Origin: a virus
Length of the DNA stretch: 33,399 bases
Reading direction: 5' to 3' (one strand)
Virus record (IMG/VR): IMGVR_UViG_3300029742_000017
The notes beneath the pieces were generated by a model. It ran no database searches and was not told the origin of the DNA. It was given only the letters and a program-made list of their open reading frames with translations. Within the stretch, counting starts at the first letter, position 1. Each line of letters starts with the position of its first letter. This document shows, piece by piece, positions 1 to 7,869 of the stretch. A program made the translations under genes and the position numbers.

Positions 1-99
1 GCAGGGGTTGATTTCTACGAAAGTGAAACTGAAATAAAAGCCGGGGAAATCTATGAGTCGGATGAACCTAGACCAACACATTTTGGCGAAGCAATTCAT
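1..99. repeat. Terminal direct repeat copy 1 (exact 99 bp), identical to 33301..33399; overlap of a circularly closed contig
   Basis: Base-by-base identity of 1-99 with 33301-33399; an ORF reads through the junction in frame. Confidence 0.95.
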
Positions 100-189
100 C
101 TGGATTCAACAGATGGGCTTTCCTGGATTGAAATTGGCAGCGAAATTTTCAGTGAGTGTTTTGAGGAAATGAAAGGCGGTGCAGAATGA
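1..189 (+). CDS. 3' part of a small hypothetical early protein whose ATG is at 33265 (gene wraps the circular junction; 74 aa in total)
   Basis: Open frame from base 1 to TGA 187-189, continuous with the ORF starting at 33265; ATGA overlap with the next gene. Confidence 0.6.
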   Translation, partial: AGVDFYESETEIKAGEIYESDEPRPTHFGEAIHLDSTDGLSWIEIGSEIFSECFEEMKGGAE

Positions 190-458
190 GATTCGAAAGA
201 GCAAAGCCGTTCAGTAACGGAACAGAATATGAAATTTTCAGGCATAACTATTGTGAAAATGGATGTATTCATCATATTGACAGGGAAGATGGATTCCCTG
301 AAATTCTGGAAAATGGCGGGTGTCCGATAGAAGATGGAATGGAATGTGCAAGATTCGATAAAGACTTGTTTCCTAATGTGCTAGTAGAAGCATGGGATGG
401 GGATGATTGTGTCAAGTGGCATCATTGCCCGTTTTATGCGAAGGAGGAAGAAGAATGA
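186..458 (+). CDS. Hypothetical Cys/His-rich early protein (90 aa)
   Basis: ORF track; SD-like AAAGGCGGTG upstream; ATGA coupling on both sides. Confidence 0.6.
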   Translation: MRFERAKPFSNGTEYEIFRHNYCENGCIHHIDREDGFPEILENGGCPIEDGMECARFDKDLFPNVLVEAWDGDDCVKWHHCPFYAKEEEE

Positions 459-733
459 ACAAACCTAAAGGAATCATAGTCATTGAACTGCCGGAGGTGC
501 CGGAGGATTGCTATCATTGCAATCAGATAGATGGCACGCGAGGATATTGTGAGCATGTTGGGCGGTTTGTAGACCATCACGTAAAGCCGGGAGAACGGTA
601 TCCGACATGTCCGATTCGGGAGATGCCGGAAGAAGATAAAAAGGACTATACCCCCGACGAACTTTTGAGTGGTATGGCTATTGGATGGAATGCGTGTATA
701 GATGCGTTTTTAGGAGGAGAGGCCGATGATTAG
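455..733 (+). CDS. Hypothetical Cys/His-rich early protein (start trimmed to ATG 455)
   Basis: AAGGAGG SD 7 nt upstream of ATG 455, which overlaps the upstream TGA; the track ORF begins further upstream at 407. Confidence 0.6.
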   Translation: MNKPKGIIVIELPEVPEDCYHCNQIDGTRGYCEHVGRFVDHHVKPGERYPTCPIREMPEEDKKDYTPDELLSGMAIGWNACIDAFLGGEADD

Positions 734-1010
734 AAGAACAATTCCGAAACACATAAGACAGCAGGTGTATGAAAAATACGGTGGTTGTTGCGCCTACCGC
801 TGCATTAAAGAATTTGAAATCGCAGAAGTGAATAAAAATGGAATTGGAACAGGGAGTTATTTTCGAGTAGAAGTGGACTCGCTTTGGAGTCTGAAAAAAA
901 GAATTAACTGCATTGGAGGACAAAATCATTTAAAGTGTGAAGACCTTCTTATGGGATCGAGGTGGATAGCGATTAGCGACGAAGCATTGGCGCGATTTTT
1001 TGAGGAGTGA
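726..1010 (+). CDS. Hypothetical protein with an HNH-like N-terminal motif (IPKHIRQQVYEKYGGCCAY) but no recognisable catalytic His motif
   Basis: AGGAGG SD; the N-terminal motif resembles HNH endonucleases, while the downstream D-H / N motifs are not recognisable. Confidence 0.5.
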   Translation: MIRRTIPKHIRQQVYEKYGGCCAYRCIKEFEIAEVNKNGIGTGSYFRVEVDSLWSLKKRINCIGGQNHLKCEDLLMGSRWIAISDEALARFFEE

Positions 1011-1025
1011 AGGTGGTGATATGAC

Positions 1026-1349
1026 ATGATCAGCAGTAAGGAAGCAATCGGATTGATTGATCACCGGACGGTAATCAAAAGACTTGCGGAGATTGAGTAT
1101 AAGAATGGATTCCACGGGAAAGAGGCTTGTGCTCATGCACTAAAAAAAGCAGAAAAGCAGGCCATTGAAGCACTGGAAAAGCAAATTGCCAAACGCCCCT
1201 ATTATGAAGGCGACGGATATGATCCAGAAGGCGAGCTTATCTATGATACCTGGAGGTGTCAAAACTGCGGTGAAGCCTATGAGGTGGATTATGACGAATA
1301 TGATTATTGTCCGAACTGTGGACAGCGAATAGATTGGAGTGATGATTAG
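1026..1349 (+). CDS. Hypothetical protein with a C-terminal zinc ribbon (CxxC...CxxC)
   Basis: ORF track; CQNCG ... CPNCG pair; AGGTGGTG SD. Confidence 0.6.
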   Translation: MISSKEAIGLIDHRTVIKRLAEIEYKNGFHGKEACAHALKKAEKQAIEALEKQIAKRPYYEGDGYDPEGELIYDTWRCQNCGEAYEVDYDEYDYCPNCGQRIDWSDD

Positions 1350-1717
1350 TGATGAGTTTAGAAGCGGAACTTGAACGGCTAGCAGTAGCAGAGCTGGAGC
1401 AAGCAAATAAAAAATTCCCGTTGTTTGCAAGCGACCATGAAGGGTACGCAGTGATACTGGAAGAATTTCAAGAAAGTGAAGAAGAAGTGAACCGAGCAAG
1501 ATTTCGATTAAATCGGCTGTGGGAGAGTGTAAGAGCGGATGAAGCACAAACGGAATATATTAGACACATAAGGAAAAGTATGCTAAAAGCCGCAGCGGAA
1601 GCAATCCAAACCGCTGCTATGTGCGAGAAGTTCATACAGAGCCAGGAGGAAAGAAAATATGGAGATAATAAACAAGGCAATCGAAAAGCTAACAAAGGAA
1701 ATGATGAAACTGAATGA
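1349..1717 (+). CDS. Hypothetical helical early protein
   Basis: ORF track; GTG 1349 or ATG 1352 start. Confidence 0.55.
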   Translation: MMSLEAELERLAVAELEQANKKFPLFASDHEGYAVILEEFQESEEEVNRARFRLNRLWESVRADEAQTEYIRHIRKSMLKAAAEAIQTAAMCEKFIQSQEERKYGDNKQGNRKANKGNDETE

Positions 1718-1967
1718 TCCGTTCGCTCAGGCGATCGAAGAGCATCTGACCGAGATCTGCACCAGCGATGCGGTGGCGGAGAAAATATTGCAGGAAGAAA
1801 AAGCACTGAAAGGTGCCTGTGATTCCATCCGGGAGGTGGCAAAGAAGAACGCTGTTGGAGGCGTCGGAGCGGTATCAGATGAAGATGCCTATAGGATGGC
1901 CGAAGAATATTACGGAATCAACAGGGCAGAAAAGCATGAACCGATGAATGTTCTGGATCTGCTGTAG
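1659..1967 (+). CDS. Hypothetical early protein
   Basis: AGGAGG SD 8 nt upstream of the ATG. Confidence 0.55.
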   Translation: MEIINKAIEKLTKEMMKLNDPFAQAIEEHLTEICTSDAVAEKILQEEKALKGACDSIREVAKKNAVGGVGAVSDEDAYRMAEEYYGINRAEKHEPMNVLDLL

Positions 1968-1984
1968 GAGGTGAGCATAAGGAA

Positions 1985-3472
1985 ATGGATGAAAAATCTT
2001 TTAACCTGCCACCAGCTCCGGCAGGAGTCAGAAACTGGATCATAAAAGATGTGATCGAGAAAACCTATATCATATATAACAAAAAGAAAAATGAAGCGGT
2101 GTGCACCCGGTGCGGTCATCGCTTCCGGGCTGACCGGTTTCCAATGAAAAACAACGATACCGGAATTTGCCCAAAGTGCAAAAATAAGGCGACATATAAA
2201 GCAGAAGGTCTTGGACGAAAAAAGCTCGCAGAGCATTTCAGGGTGCTGGTATTGACCCATAGAGGAAATACCGTATATGGATCTCTGACGGAAATAACGG
2301 CTACTTTTGAGAATGTCGGAAAACCAGAGCTTCGTGGCTGGATGTCGGCCGTGTATGTGTTCAATAAAAATGAGCAGAGTTACTATAAGCATACACCGTC
2401 ATGGTGCTGGGGGACGGACCATTGGGAGCAGATAAAAACTGTAAAGCTGCCGCATCCACCATCGGGCATGAACTGGTACAGCCGGCCGAAATTTGAACGA
2501 ACGGAAGTGTATAAGGGCAATCTGAAACGCACGTTCCTGAATAGTTGTTTGAAATACGGATGGCAACCGGACATGTTTCAAAGAAATGAATTCGATGCAT
2601 ATGATCTCATTTCATATATCAACCTGCATCTTAAATATCAGAGCATCGAGCTTCTTACGAAAGCCGGATTCGAATTTTTTGTAGCGCAGAAAGTAATCGG
2701 GAGCATCGGATCAGGCTGTATAAACTGGAGGGGACGCAGCCTAGAGAAGATACTGAGGCTCCCTCGCCGGCATATAAAGAAGATAAGAGGTCACCATGTG
2801 GATTTTCAGGAACTTAGTTTTTTTCAGAGCCTGACAGAGAAAGAAAAAAGAATTTCGTGGGAGACAATAACCAAAGCTGCGGATGCATTCAAAGGCGATG
2901 AAGCAAGGCGCATTGGAAAGTTTATATCTGTCATGAAATGGGCAGAATGGGCCGGAAAGCAGAATGTGAACAAATATGACTGGCTGGACTATATCAACGA
3001 CTGCAGGCTTCTGGGTCTCGACACGCGAAAGAAGTCCATCCTGTTTCCAGAGGATTTTGCCGAGGTTCATAGACGGCTGTCGAAGCAGGTCGAGATCCAG
3101 CGGACAGAGCTGGAGAATGCCGCTATAAAGAAAGTGGCGGAATTCCAGAGCATGGACATCAAAAGGAATGGCTTTATACTGAAAATCGCCGAATCCCAGG
3201 AAGATCTGAATGTTGAGTCATCAGTACTCGGCCACTGCGTACGCACTTATGGAAATAGAGTTGCAGAAGGAAAAACGATCATTTACTTTATCCGCCGGTC
3301 TGAAAAGCCGGACGAGCCGTATTATACCTTGGAGATCCGGCCGGAGGGAAAGTTCGTTCAGTGCAGAGGGAAGCATAACTGTAATATGACTCCAGAGGTG
3401 GAGGCGTTTAAAGATCTGGTTGTAGCAGAGTTTAATAGAAGATTAAAACGGAAAGAGAGGAAAGCAGCATGA
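1985..3472 (+). CDS. PcfJ-like protein (N-terminal zinc ribbon, C-terminal PcfJ-type domain)
   Basis: The C-terminal segment LGHCVRTYGNRVAEGKTIIYFIRR...PYYTLEI matches my recollection of the PcfJ-like domain; CxxC...CxxC near the N-terminus. Confidence 0.55.
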   Translation: MDEKSFNLPPAPAGVRNWIIKDVIEKTYIIYNKKKNEAVCTRCGHRFRADRFPMKNNDTGICPKCKNKATYKAEGLGRKKLAEHFRVLVLTHRGNTVYGSLTEITATFENVGKPELRGWMSAVYVFNKNEQSYYKHTPSWCWGTDHWEQIKTVKLPHPPSGMNWYSRPKFERTEVYKGNLKRTFLNSCLKYGWQPDMFQRNEFDAYDLISYINLHLKYQSIELLTKAGFEFFVAQKVIGSIGSGCINWRGRSLEKILRLPRRHIKKIRGHHVDFQELSFFQSLTEKEKRISWETITKAADAFKGDEARRIGKFISVMKWAEWAGKQNVNKYDWLDYINDCRLLGLDTRKKSILFPEDFAEVHRRLSKQVEIQRTELENAAIKKVAEFQSMDIKRNGFILKIAESQEDLNVESSVLGHCVRTYGNRVAEGKTIIYFIRRSEKPDEPYYTLEIRPEGKFVQCRGKHNCNMTPEVEAFKDLVVAEFNRRLKRKERKAA

Positions 3473-4416
3473 GCAATATCGTGGAAGCAGAGTACAAAGT
3501 GGTGATCAATGACGATCTTCCCACGCTGGTCGCACGGATCAAAACAGCAGAAGCGACCGTTTACAGAGTGACTCTTGCAGGGGTTATAGAAATAGGAAAA
3601 TGTCTGGAGGCTGCCAAAGAAAAGGTAAAGCATGGAGAATGGGAAGAATGGTGTACGGAAAACCTTGGCTACAGCCAGAGACAGGCACAAAGATTCATGA
3701 AAATCGCAGATACATACGGCAATGAAAACAGCATTTTCGGTAAAAACGACACGTTGTCGGATTTGAGTATTTCCAAGGCTTACAGCCTCTTGAGCATCCC
3801 AGAAGATGAGGTGGAATCCTTCATAGAAAATAATGATGTAGAAAGCATGACGGTCAAAGAACTCAAAGAAAAAATAAAACTGCTGGAGTCAGAAAAAGAT
3901 GAGCAGGGCGCTGAGATGGAAAAGGAAATCATGGGGTTGCAGGAACAGATGGAACAGAAAAATGATGAAGCGGAACGTCTGGCCGGGGAACTGGCGGCGC
4001 TAAAATCCCAGACTGCGGATCCGGATGAGATCACTAAGCTGGAGGAAAAGCTTCAGAAAACTAAGATCCGGGAAAATGAGCTGAAAGAAAAACTGAAAGC
4101 AGAAAAAGAGGCCAGAGACCAGGAAATCCAGAAGGCTCTGGAAAAGGAAGGGGACAAATTGAAGGCAGAGGCTGAAACGGCGGCTGCAAAGCAGATCGAA
4201 ACTACCCGGCGGGATAATGAATCGATGGCTCAGCAGATCAAGGAGCTGGAGGCCAAGATCAATAACGTATCAAATGAGTCGCTGATGCTGTTCAAGCTGA
4301 AAGTGGATCAGCTCCAGAAGATCTATCAGGAATGCCAGGAGGCCGCGACGGAGACTCCGGATCCGGATAAGACAAAGGCTGCTCTCGTGCAGATCATGGA
4401 AGCACTGATCAGATAG
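3469..4416 (+). CDS. DUF3102-like protein with a long acidic coiled-coil C-terminus
   Basis: The N-terminal GEWEEWCTENLGYSQRQAQRFMKIA motif is typical of DUF3102; ATGA coupling to the PcfJ-like gene. Confidence 0.55.
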   Translation: MSNIVEAEYKVVINDDLPTLVARIKTAEATVYRVTLAGVIEIGKCLEAAKEKVKHGEWEEWCTENLGYSQRQAQRFMKIADTYGNENSIFGKNDTLSDLSISKAYSLLSIPEDEVESFIENNDVESMTVKELKEKIKLLESEKDEQGAEMEKEIMGLQEQMEQKNDEAERLAGELAALKSQTADPDEITKLEEKLQKTKIRENELKEKLKAEKEARDQEIQKALEKEGDKLKAEAETAAAKQIETTRRDNESMAQQIKELEAKINNVSNESLMLFKLKVDQLQKIYQECQEAATETPDPDKTKAALVQIMEALIR

Positions 4417-4426
4417 GAGGCATGGT

Positions 4427-4657
4427 ATGAATCCTACATTAAAAGGGCAGTGCGTGAGAAAGAGCTGCGCTTATCATTCAAAATCCGTCGGATCCTGTGA
4501 TTATCTTTTAATCACAGGTCGCCGGCGGGGATGTAGCATAGAAGGATGCGACAAGTACCGGAAAAAGAAAAAGGGTGATCCTGGACTTCAGCCGGCACCA
4601 GACGCCAGCGCAAGAGAGACGGCCAGGATCGTAGATGGAATTATGAAAGGAAGGTAA
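4427..4657 (+). CDS. Hypothetical Cys-rich basic protein
   Basis: AGGAGG SD; ORF track. Confidence 0.5.
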   Translation: MNPTLKGQCVRKSCAYHSKSVGSCDYLLITGRRRGCSIEGCDKYRKKKKGDPGLQPAPDASARETARIVDGIMKGR

Positions 4658-4659
4658 AC

Positions 4660-4983
4660 ATGAAAAAAGCGATGTTATCCCAGCCGATGGGCGGCAAGAC
4701 AGATGAGGAAATCATAGCAACGAGAGAAAAGGCGGTATCTTTTCTGGAGAGCGCAGGATATGAAATTGTGAATACACTTTTTACGGATGAATGGTATAGT
4801 CGAGAAAATATGGAAAAGCGCGGAGTAGTTCAGATCCCTTTATGCTTCCTTGCAAAATCACTTGAGAATATGAGTATATGTCACGCGGCGTATTTCTGCA
4901 AAGGCTGGGAAAATGCCAGAGGCTGCCGGATCGAACATGATGCTGCGAAGGCATATGGGCTAGAGGTTATTTACGAAGAATAG
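4660..4983 (+). CDS. DUF4406-like (nucleoside 2-deoxyribosyltransferase-like fold) protein
   Basis: N-terminal SQPMGGK... and C-terminal GWENARGCRIEHDAAKAYGLEV resemble the DUF4406 signature. Confidence 0.5.
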   Translation: MKKAMLSQPMGGKTDEEIIATREKAVSFLESAGYEIVNTLFTDEWYSRENMEKRGVVQIPLCFLAKSLENMSICHAAYFCKGWENARGCRIEHDAAKAYGLEVIYEE

Positions 4984-4992
4984 GAGAAAGAT

Positions 4993-5274
4993 ATGGGAAA
5001 TAACGAATTCATCAATAGAGCTAAAACAATCGTAACGGAATATTTCAATAGTAATGTTGATGGTACAGATGGGATCCTTTTAGGGCCAAGTGATGTGTTT
5101 GTTGTATGGAGCTGCAAGATCCTTCAAAACAACAAAGCGCTTCTCAGCACGGATATTCCAGATGGCATGTACTACGAAGTTACTTATAACGGAGATAAAA
5201 AAGAGTTTTATCTGGACGCATATAAGAAGTGGGAAAATATCTTGATCCGGGAGAGCGAATCGAGGATCGCATAG
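4993..5274 (+). CDS. Hypothetical protein
   Basis: AGGAG SD; ORF track. Confidence 0.55.
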   Translation: MGNNEFINRAKTIVTEYFNSNVDGTDGILLGPSDVFVVWSCKILQNNKALLSTDIPDGMYYEVTYNGDKKEFYLDAYKKWENILIRESESRIA

Positions 5275-5305
5275 AGGATTAGAGATAAGATAATCAGTAT
5301 CAATA

Positions 5306-5332
5306 TTGAGGCGGTTTATATAGCCGCCTCAA
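5306..5332 (+). promoter_or_regulatory. 9-bp stem hairpin (TTGAGGCGG / CCGCCTCAA, AT-rich 9-nt loop) upstream of the Rep gene; candidate double-strand origin nick hairpin or T-tract-less terminator
   Basis: Hand-paired inverted repeat, followed by an (AT)n stretch ACATATATATAA. Confidence 0.4.
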
Positions 5333-5368
5333 ATCTCTACATATATATAAGGGAAAACCGGCGACCGA

Positions 5369-6223
5369 ATGGTCGCATTAAATCTAGCTAAGAGTATTAA
5401 AACGAGGACAAGGATGTACTACCGAGAAACGATAGTGGCAGGTAAGACGATCATGAGATCGTACCGGGCAACCACCAGAGTGAAAACTGCAGGAGAAAAA
5501 AGGGCAAAGAGATCCAACCCAACGCCGGATGCTGTTGCGAAAACAAATTACAGAAATTCGGTGAAGGTTTTGACTGCGAAACTGAATCATAATTTTTCAG
5601 GCGGGGATCTTCATGTGGTCCTGACATATGCGGGAGATGCTCCGGGCAAGGATCAGGCTAAAAAGGATCTGGATAATTTCATCGGGGATATGAGAAGAGA
5701 TCATCGAAAATCAGGAAAAGATTTTAAGTGGGTTGCAGTGACGGAGTATAAGCACAAAAGAATCCATCACCATGTAGTGCTGAATTGCAGAGATCTCTCA
5801 AAGATCGAAAATCGATGGAAACATGGGTATGTGAAAGTTGCTGTTCTCGATCGCTCCGGAAACTATCATAAGCTGGCTGCGTATCTCCTAAAGGAAACGG
5901 AGAAGACGTTCCGCGCTCCGGACTCTCCGACAAAGAAAAGGTATCGTTGCGCTATGTGTGTGACGATGCCGGAGGTGAAACGGGAAAAGGTATCTGGCAG
6001 ATCTGTTGGAAAAGACATAAAGCCGCCAAAAGGCTACTATCTCGACGAGGATAGCGTGCGAAAATATGAACATGCTATCCTGGGAGTAGAATGTCTGGAA
6101 TACATATGCATCGGCGCCACAGACGATCCACGCCTAAAGCGATGGCCGAAAGGGAAAAAAGTAAGACCGGAACGATGGTACAGGGAAGATAAACAGCTGC
6201 AAATAGAACAGCTGTCGTTTTGA
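5369..6223 (+). CDS. HUH-superfamily rolling-circle replication initiator (Rep)
   Basis: Ordered motifs: HVVLTY (motif I-like), RIHHHVVLN (HUH), AAYLLKETEK (YxxK catalytic Tyr), with typical spacing. An alternative start is ATG 5414. Confidence 0.6.
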   Translation: MVALNLAKSIKTRTRMYYRETIVAGKTIMRSYRATTRVKTAGEKRAKRSNPTPDAVAKTNYRNSVKVLTAKLNHNFSGGDLHVVLTYAGDAPGKDQAKKDLDNFIGDMRRDHRKSGKDFKWVAVTEYKHKRIHHHVVLNCRDLSKIENRWKHGYVKVAVLDRSGNYHKLAAYLLKETEKTFRAPDSPTKKRYRCAMCVTMPEVKREKVSGRSVGKDIKPPKGYYLDEDSVRKYEHAILGVECLEYICIGATDDPRLKRWPKGKKVRPERWYREDKQLQIEQLSF

Positions 6224-6235
6224 TGGGAGGAATAT

Positions 6236-6544
6236 ATGGACGAGAGAAAGATCAGACAATATCGTCATACCGTTATTGCCCTTGGCTGGATCCGCGGCGA
6301 AATCGAAAAAGGCGAAAAGAATGGGGAACAGATGCAGAGACTGAGGAAGCGTGAAGCGGAATATCAAAAGACCAAAGCTGACGTGGAGGAATGGATCAAC
6401 AAGATAGAGGATCCGATAACGCACGCCATCTTTTGCATGAAGCTGGAAGGAAAAACCCATAAGGAGATCGGAGCACAGCTGGGATATTCCAGATCACGCA
6501 TCACCCAGATTATTGAAAAAAATCTGGGCAAACCCAAAGATTAA
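6236..6544 (+). CDS. Sigma-70 region-4-like HTH protein, probable late-gene transcriptional regulator
   Basis: C-terminal HTH KEIGAQLGYSRSRITQIIEK; it sits immediately upstream of the packaging module, as RinA/ArpU/DUF1492-type regulators do. Confidence 0.55.
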   Translation: MDERKIRQYRHTVIALGWIRGEIEKGEKNGEQMQRLRKREAEYQKTKADVEEWINKIEDPITHAIFCMKLEGKTHKEIGAQLGYSRSRITQIIEKNLGKPKD

Positions 6545-6614
6545 CCCCATTAACATTATTAACCGATATAATAGAATTAAGAACAAAATTAAATATGGAC
6601 TAAAGGCAAGGATT

Positions 6615-6653
6615 GACACAAGGATCTCCAACAGAAGCGGAGGTCCTTGTGTC
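6615..6653 (+). promoter_or_regulatory. 15-bp stem hairpin (GACACAAGGATCTCC / GGAGGTCCTTGTGTC, one G-U) 7 nt upstream of the tRNA
   Basis: Hand-paired; 9-nt loop AACAGAAGC; no U-tract follows; a TTGACA hexamer (6613-6618) overlaps the 5' arm. Confidence 0.6.
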
Positions 6654-6660
6654 GCAATGA

Positions 6661-6734
6661 AGCGGGTTAGTGTAATGGGAACACATGAGTCTCCTTAGCT
6701 CAAACTGGCGGTTCGATTCCGTCACCCGCAACCA
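6661..6734 (+). tRNA. tRNA with anticodon CCU (decodes AGG) and an initiator-like acceptor stem (A1xA72 unpaired, G2:C71, C3:G70, A73, encoded CCA)
   Basis: Hand-folded 74-nt cloverleaf: AGCGGGT-TA-GTGT-AATGGGA-ACAC-A-TGAGT-CTCCTTA-GCTCA-AACT-GGCGG-TTCGATT-CCGTC-ACCCGCA-A-CCA. It has U8, G18G19 and a canonical T-loop. Confidence 0.8.
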
Positions 6735-6745
6735 AGGAGGAACTA

Positions 6746-7162
6746 ATGCTAAAGTCATGTCAGTACTGCGGGACGATCCATGATAGCAAATACATATGCA
6801 GCCAGAAAGCACAATCAATCAGAAGACGCAGAAGCTGGGTATCGGAAAAGAATAAAAAGATTGATTCATTTCGAAAAACTAACAGGTGGAAAGAGAAGAG
6901 CGTGCAGATCAGAGAGCGAGACAGTTACTGCTGCCAGGTGTGCAACAGACAGAAGCCACCGCAGTATGTGACAAAAGAAATATCAGTTCATCACATCGAA
7001 CCAATAAGTGAAGCCTGGGAGCGAAGACTTGATGATGATAATTTAATTACGCTATGCAGTAGGCACCATGAGGCTGCAGAATGTGGCGAAATCAAAAGAG
7101 AGACATTAAGGGGCATTGCAGAAGAACAAGAAAAAAATAATGAAGGACCAGTTTGTGGATGA
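6746..7162 (+). CDS. HNH endonuclease (packaging-associated)
   Basis: SVHHIEPISEAW...NLITLCSRHHEAAE HNH motif plus CxxC pairs; AAGGAGG SD; it sits just upstream of terS. Confidence 0.85.
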   Translation: MLKSCQYCGTIHDSKYICSQKAQSIRRRRSWVSEKNKKIDSFRKTNRWKEKSVQIRERDSYCCQVCNRQKPPQYVTKEISVHHIEPISEAWERRLDDDNLITLCSRHHEAAECGEIKRETLRGIAEEQEKNNEGPVCG

Positions 7163-7317
7163 TCCCCCCGAGGGGAAAGGAATAGATTTCCATGAATTCC
7201 CACGACCGACGCCCCACCATCATCCATAAAATATTCCCAGATCAGACTTTCCGCGGGTGTGCGTATGCACGCGCGTAATATATAATAACGAAACCAAAAA
7301 CGGAAGGAGGATTCAAT

Positions 7318-7869
7318 ATGCCGACACCACCAAAACCGGTATTAGTACTGGAAAAAGAGCAAAAATCGCATCGAACGAAAAAAGAATTAGCGGCAAGACG
7401 AAAAATCGAAGAATCTCTCATTTCCGGTGTGAAAATCAAAGAAGATCCTGCGGTAAAACAGGATCCGGTAGCCCATAAAGAGTTTTTAAGGCTGAAAAAA
7501 TTACTGGATGCCATCAAGAAATCGGATGACCTGTATGCGCCGAGCATCAATCGATACTGCATGCTGAAATCCGAATCAGAGCGGTTTGAATTTTTACGTA
7601 CAAAGTGTGAGGAGCGGATTGATGAGCTGATGGATAAGAAGGGCGAAATGGATTACCTGGAATATATTTCGGCTCTCGACAAACTTCAAAAAAACCTGGT
7701 CAATCTTGACAAACAGATCCAGGCGAAACGCCGGATGATGTTTGATATTGAACGGGAAAATGTAATGACGATCGCATCCTCGCTCCGATCCATTCCGAAA
7801 AAAGCTGCACCAAAGAAAAATCCTCTGCAGGAGGCGCTTAGCGGTGATAAAACAAAGCAAAGCTTATAA
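7318..7869 (+). CDS. terS: Terminase small subunit, P27 family
   Basis: The N-terminus MPTPPKP...KSHRTKKELAARR is typical of P27-family TerS; position between HNH and terL; GGAAGGAGG SD. Confidence 0.75.
   Translation: MPTPPKPVLVLEKEQKSHRTKKELAARRKIEESLISGVKIKEDPAVKQDPVAHKEFLRLKKLLDAIKKSDDLYAPSINRYCMLKSESERFEFLRTKCEERIDELMDKKGEMDYLEYISALDKLQKNLVNLDKQIQAKRRMMFDIERENVMTIASSLRSIPKKAAPKKNPLQEALSGDKTKQSL

Noticed and set aside
6513-6818. ORFs 6513-6698 (+) and 6600-6818 (-) covering the tRNA and its leader.
   Set aside because: The region folds as a tRNA plus hairpin, and neither ORF has an SD.
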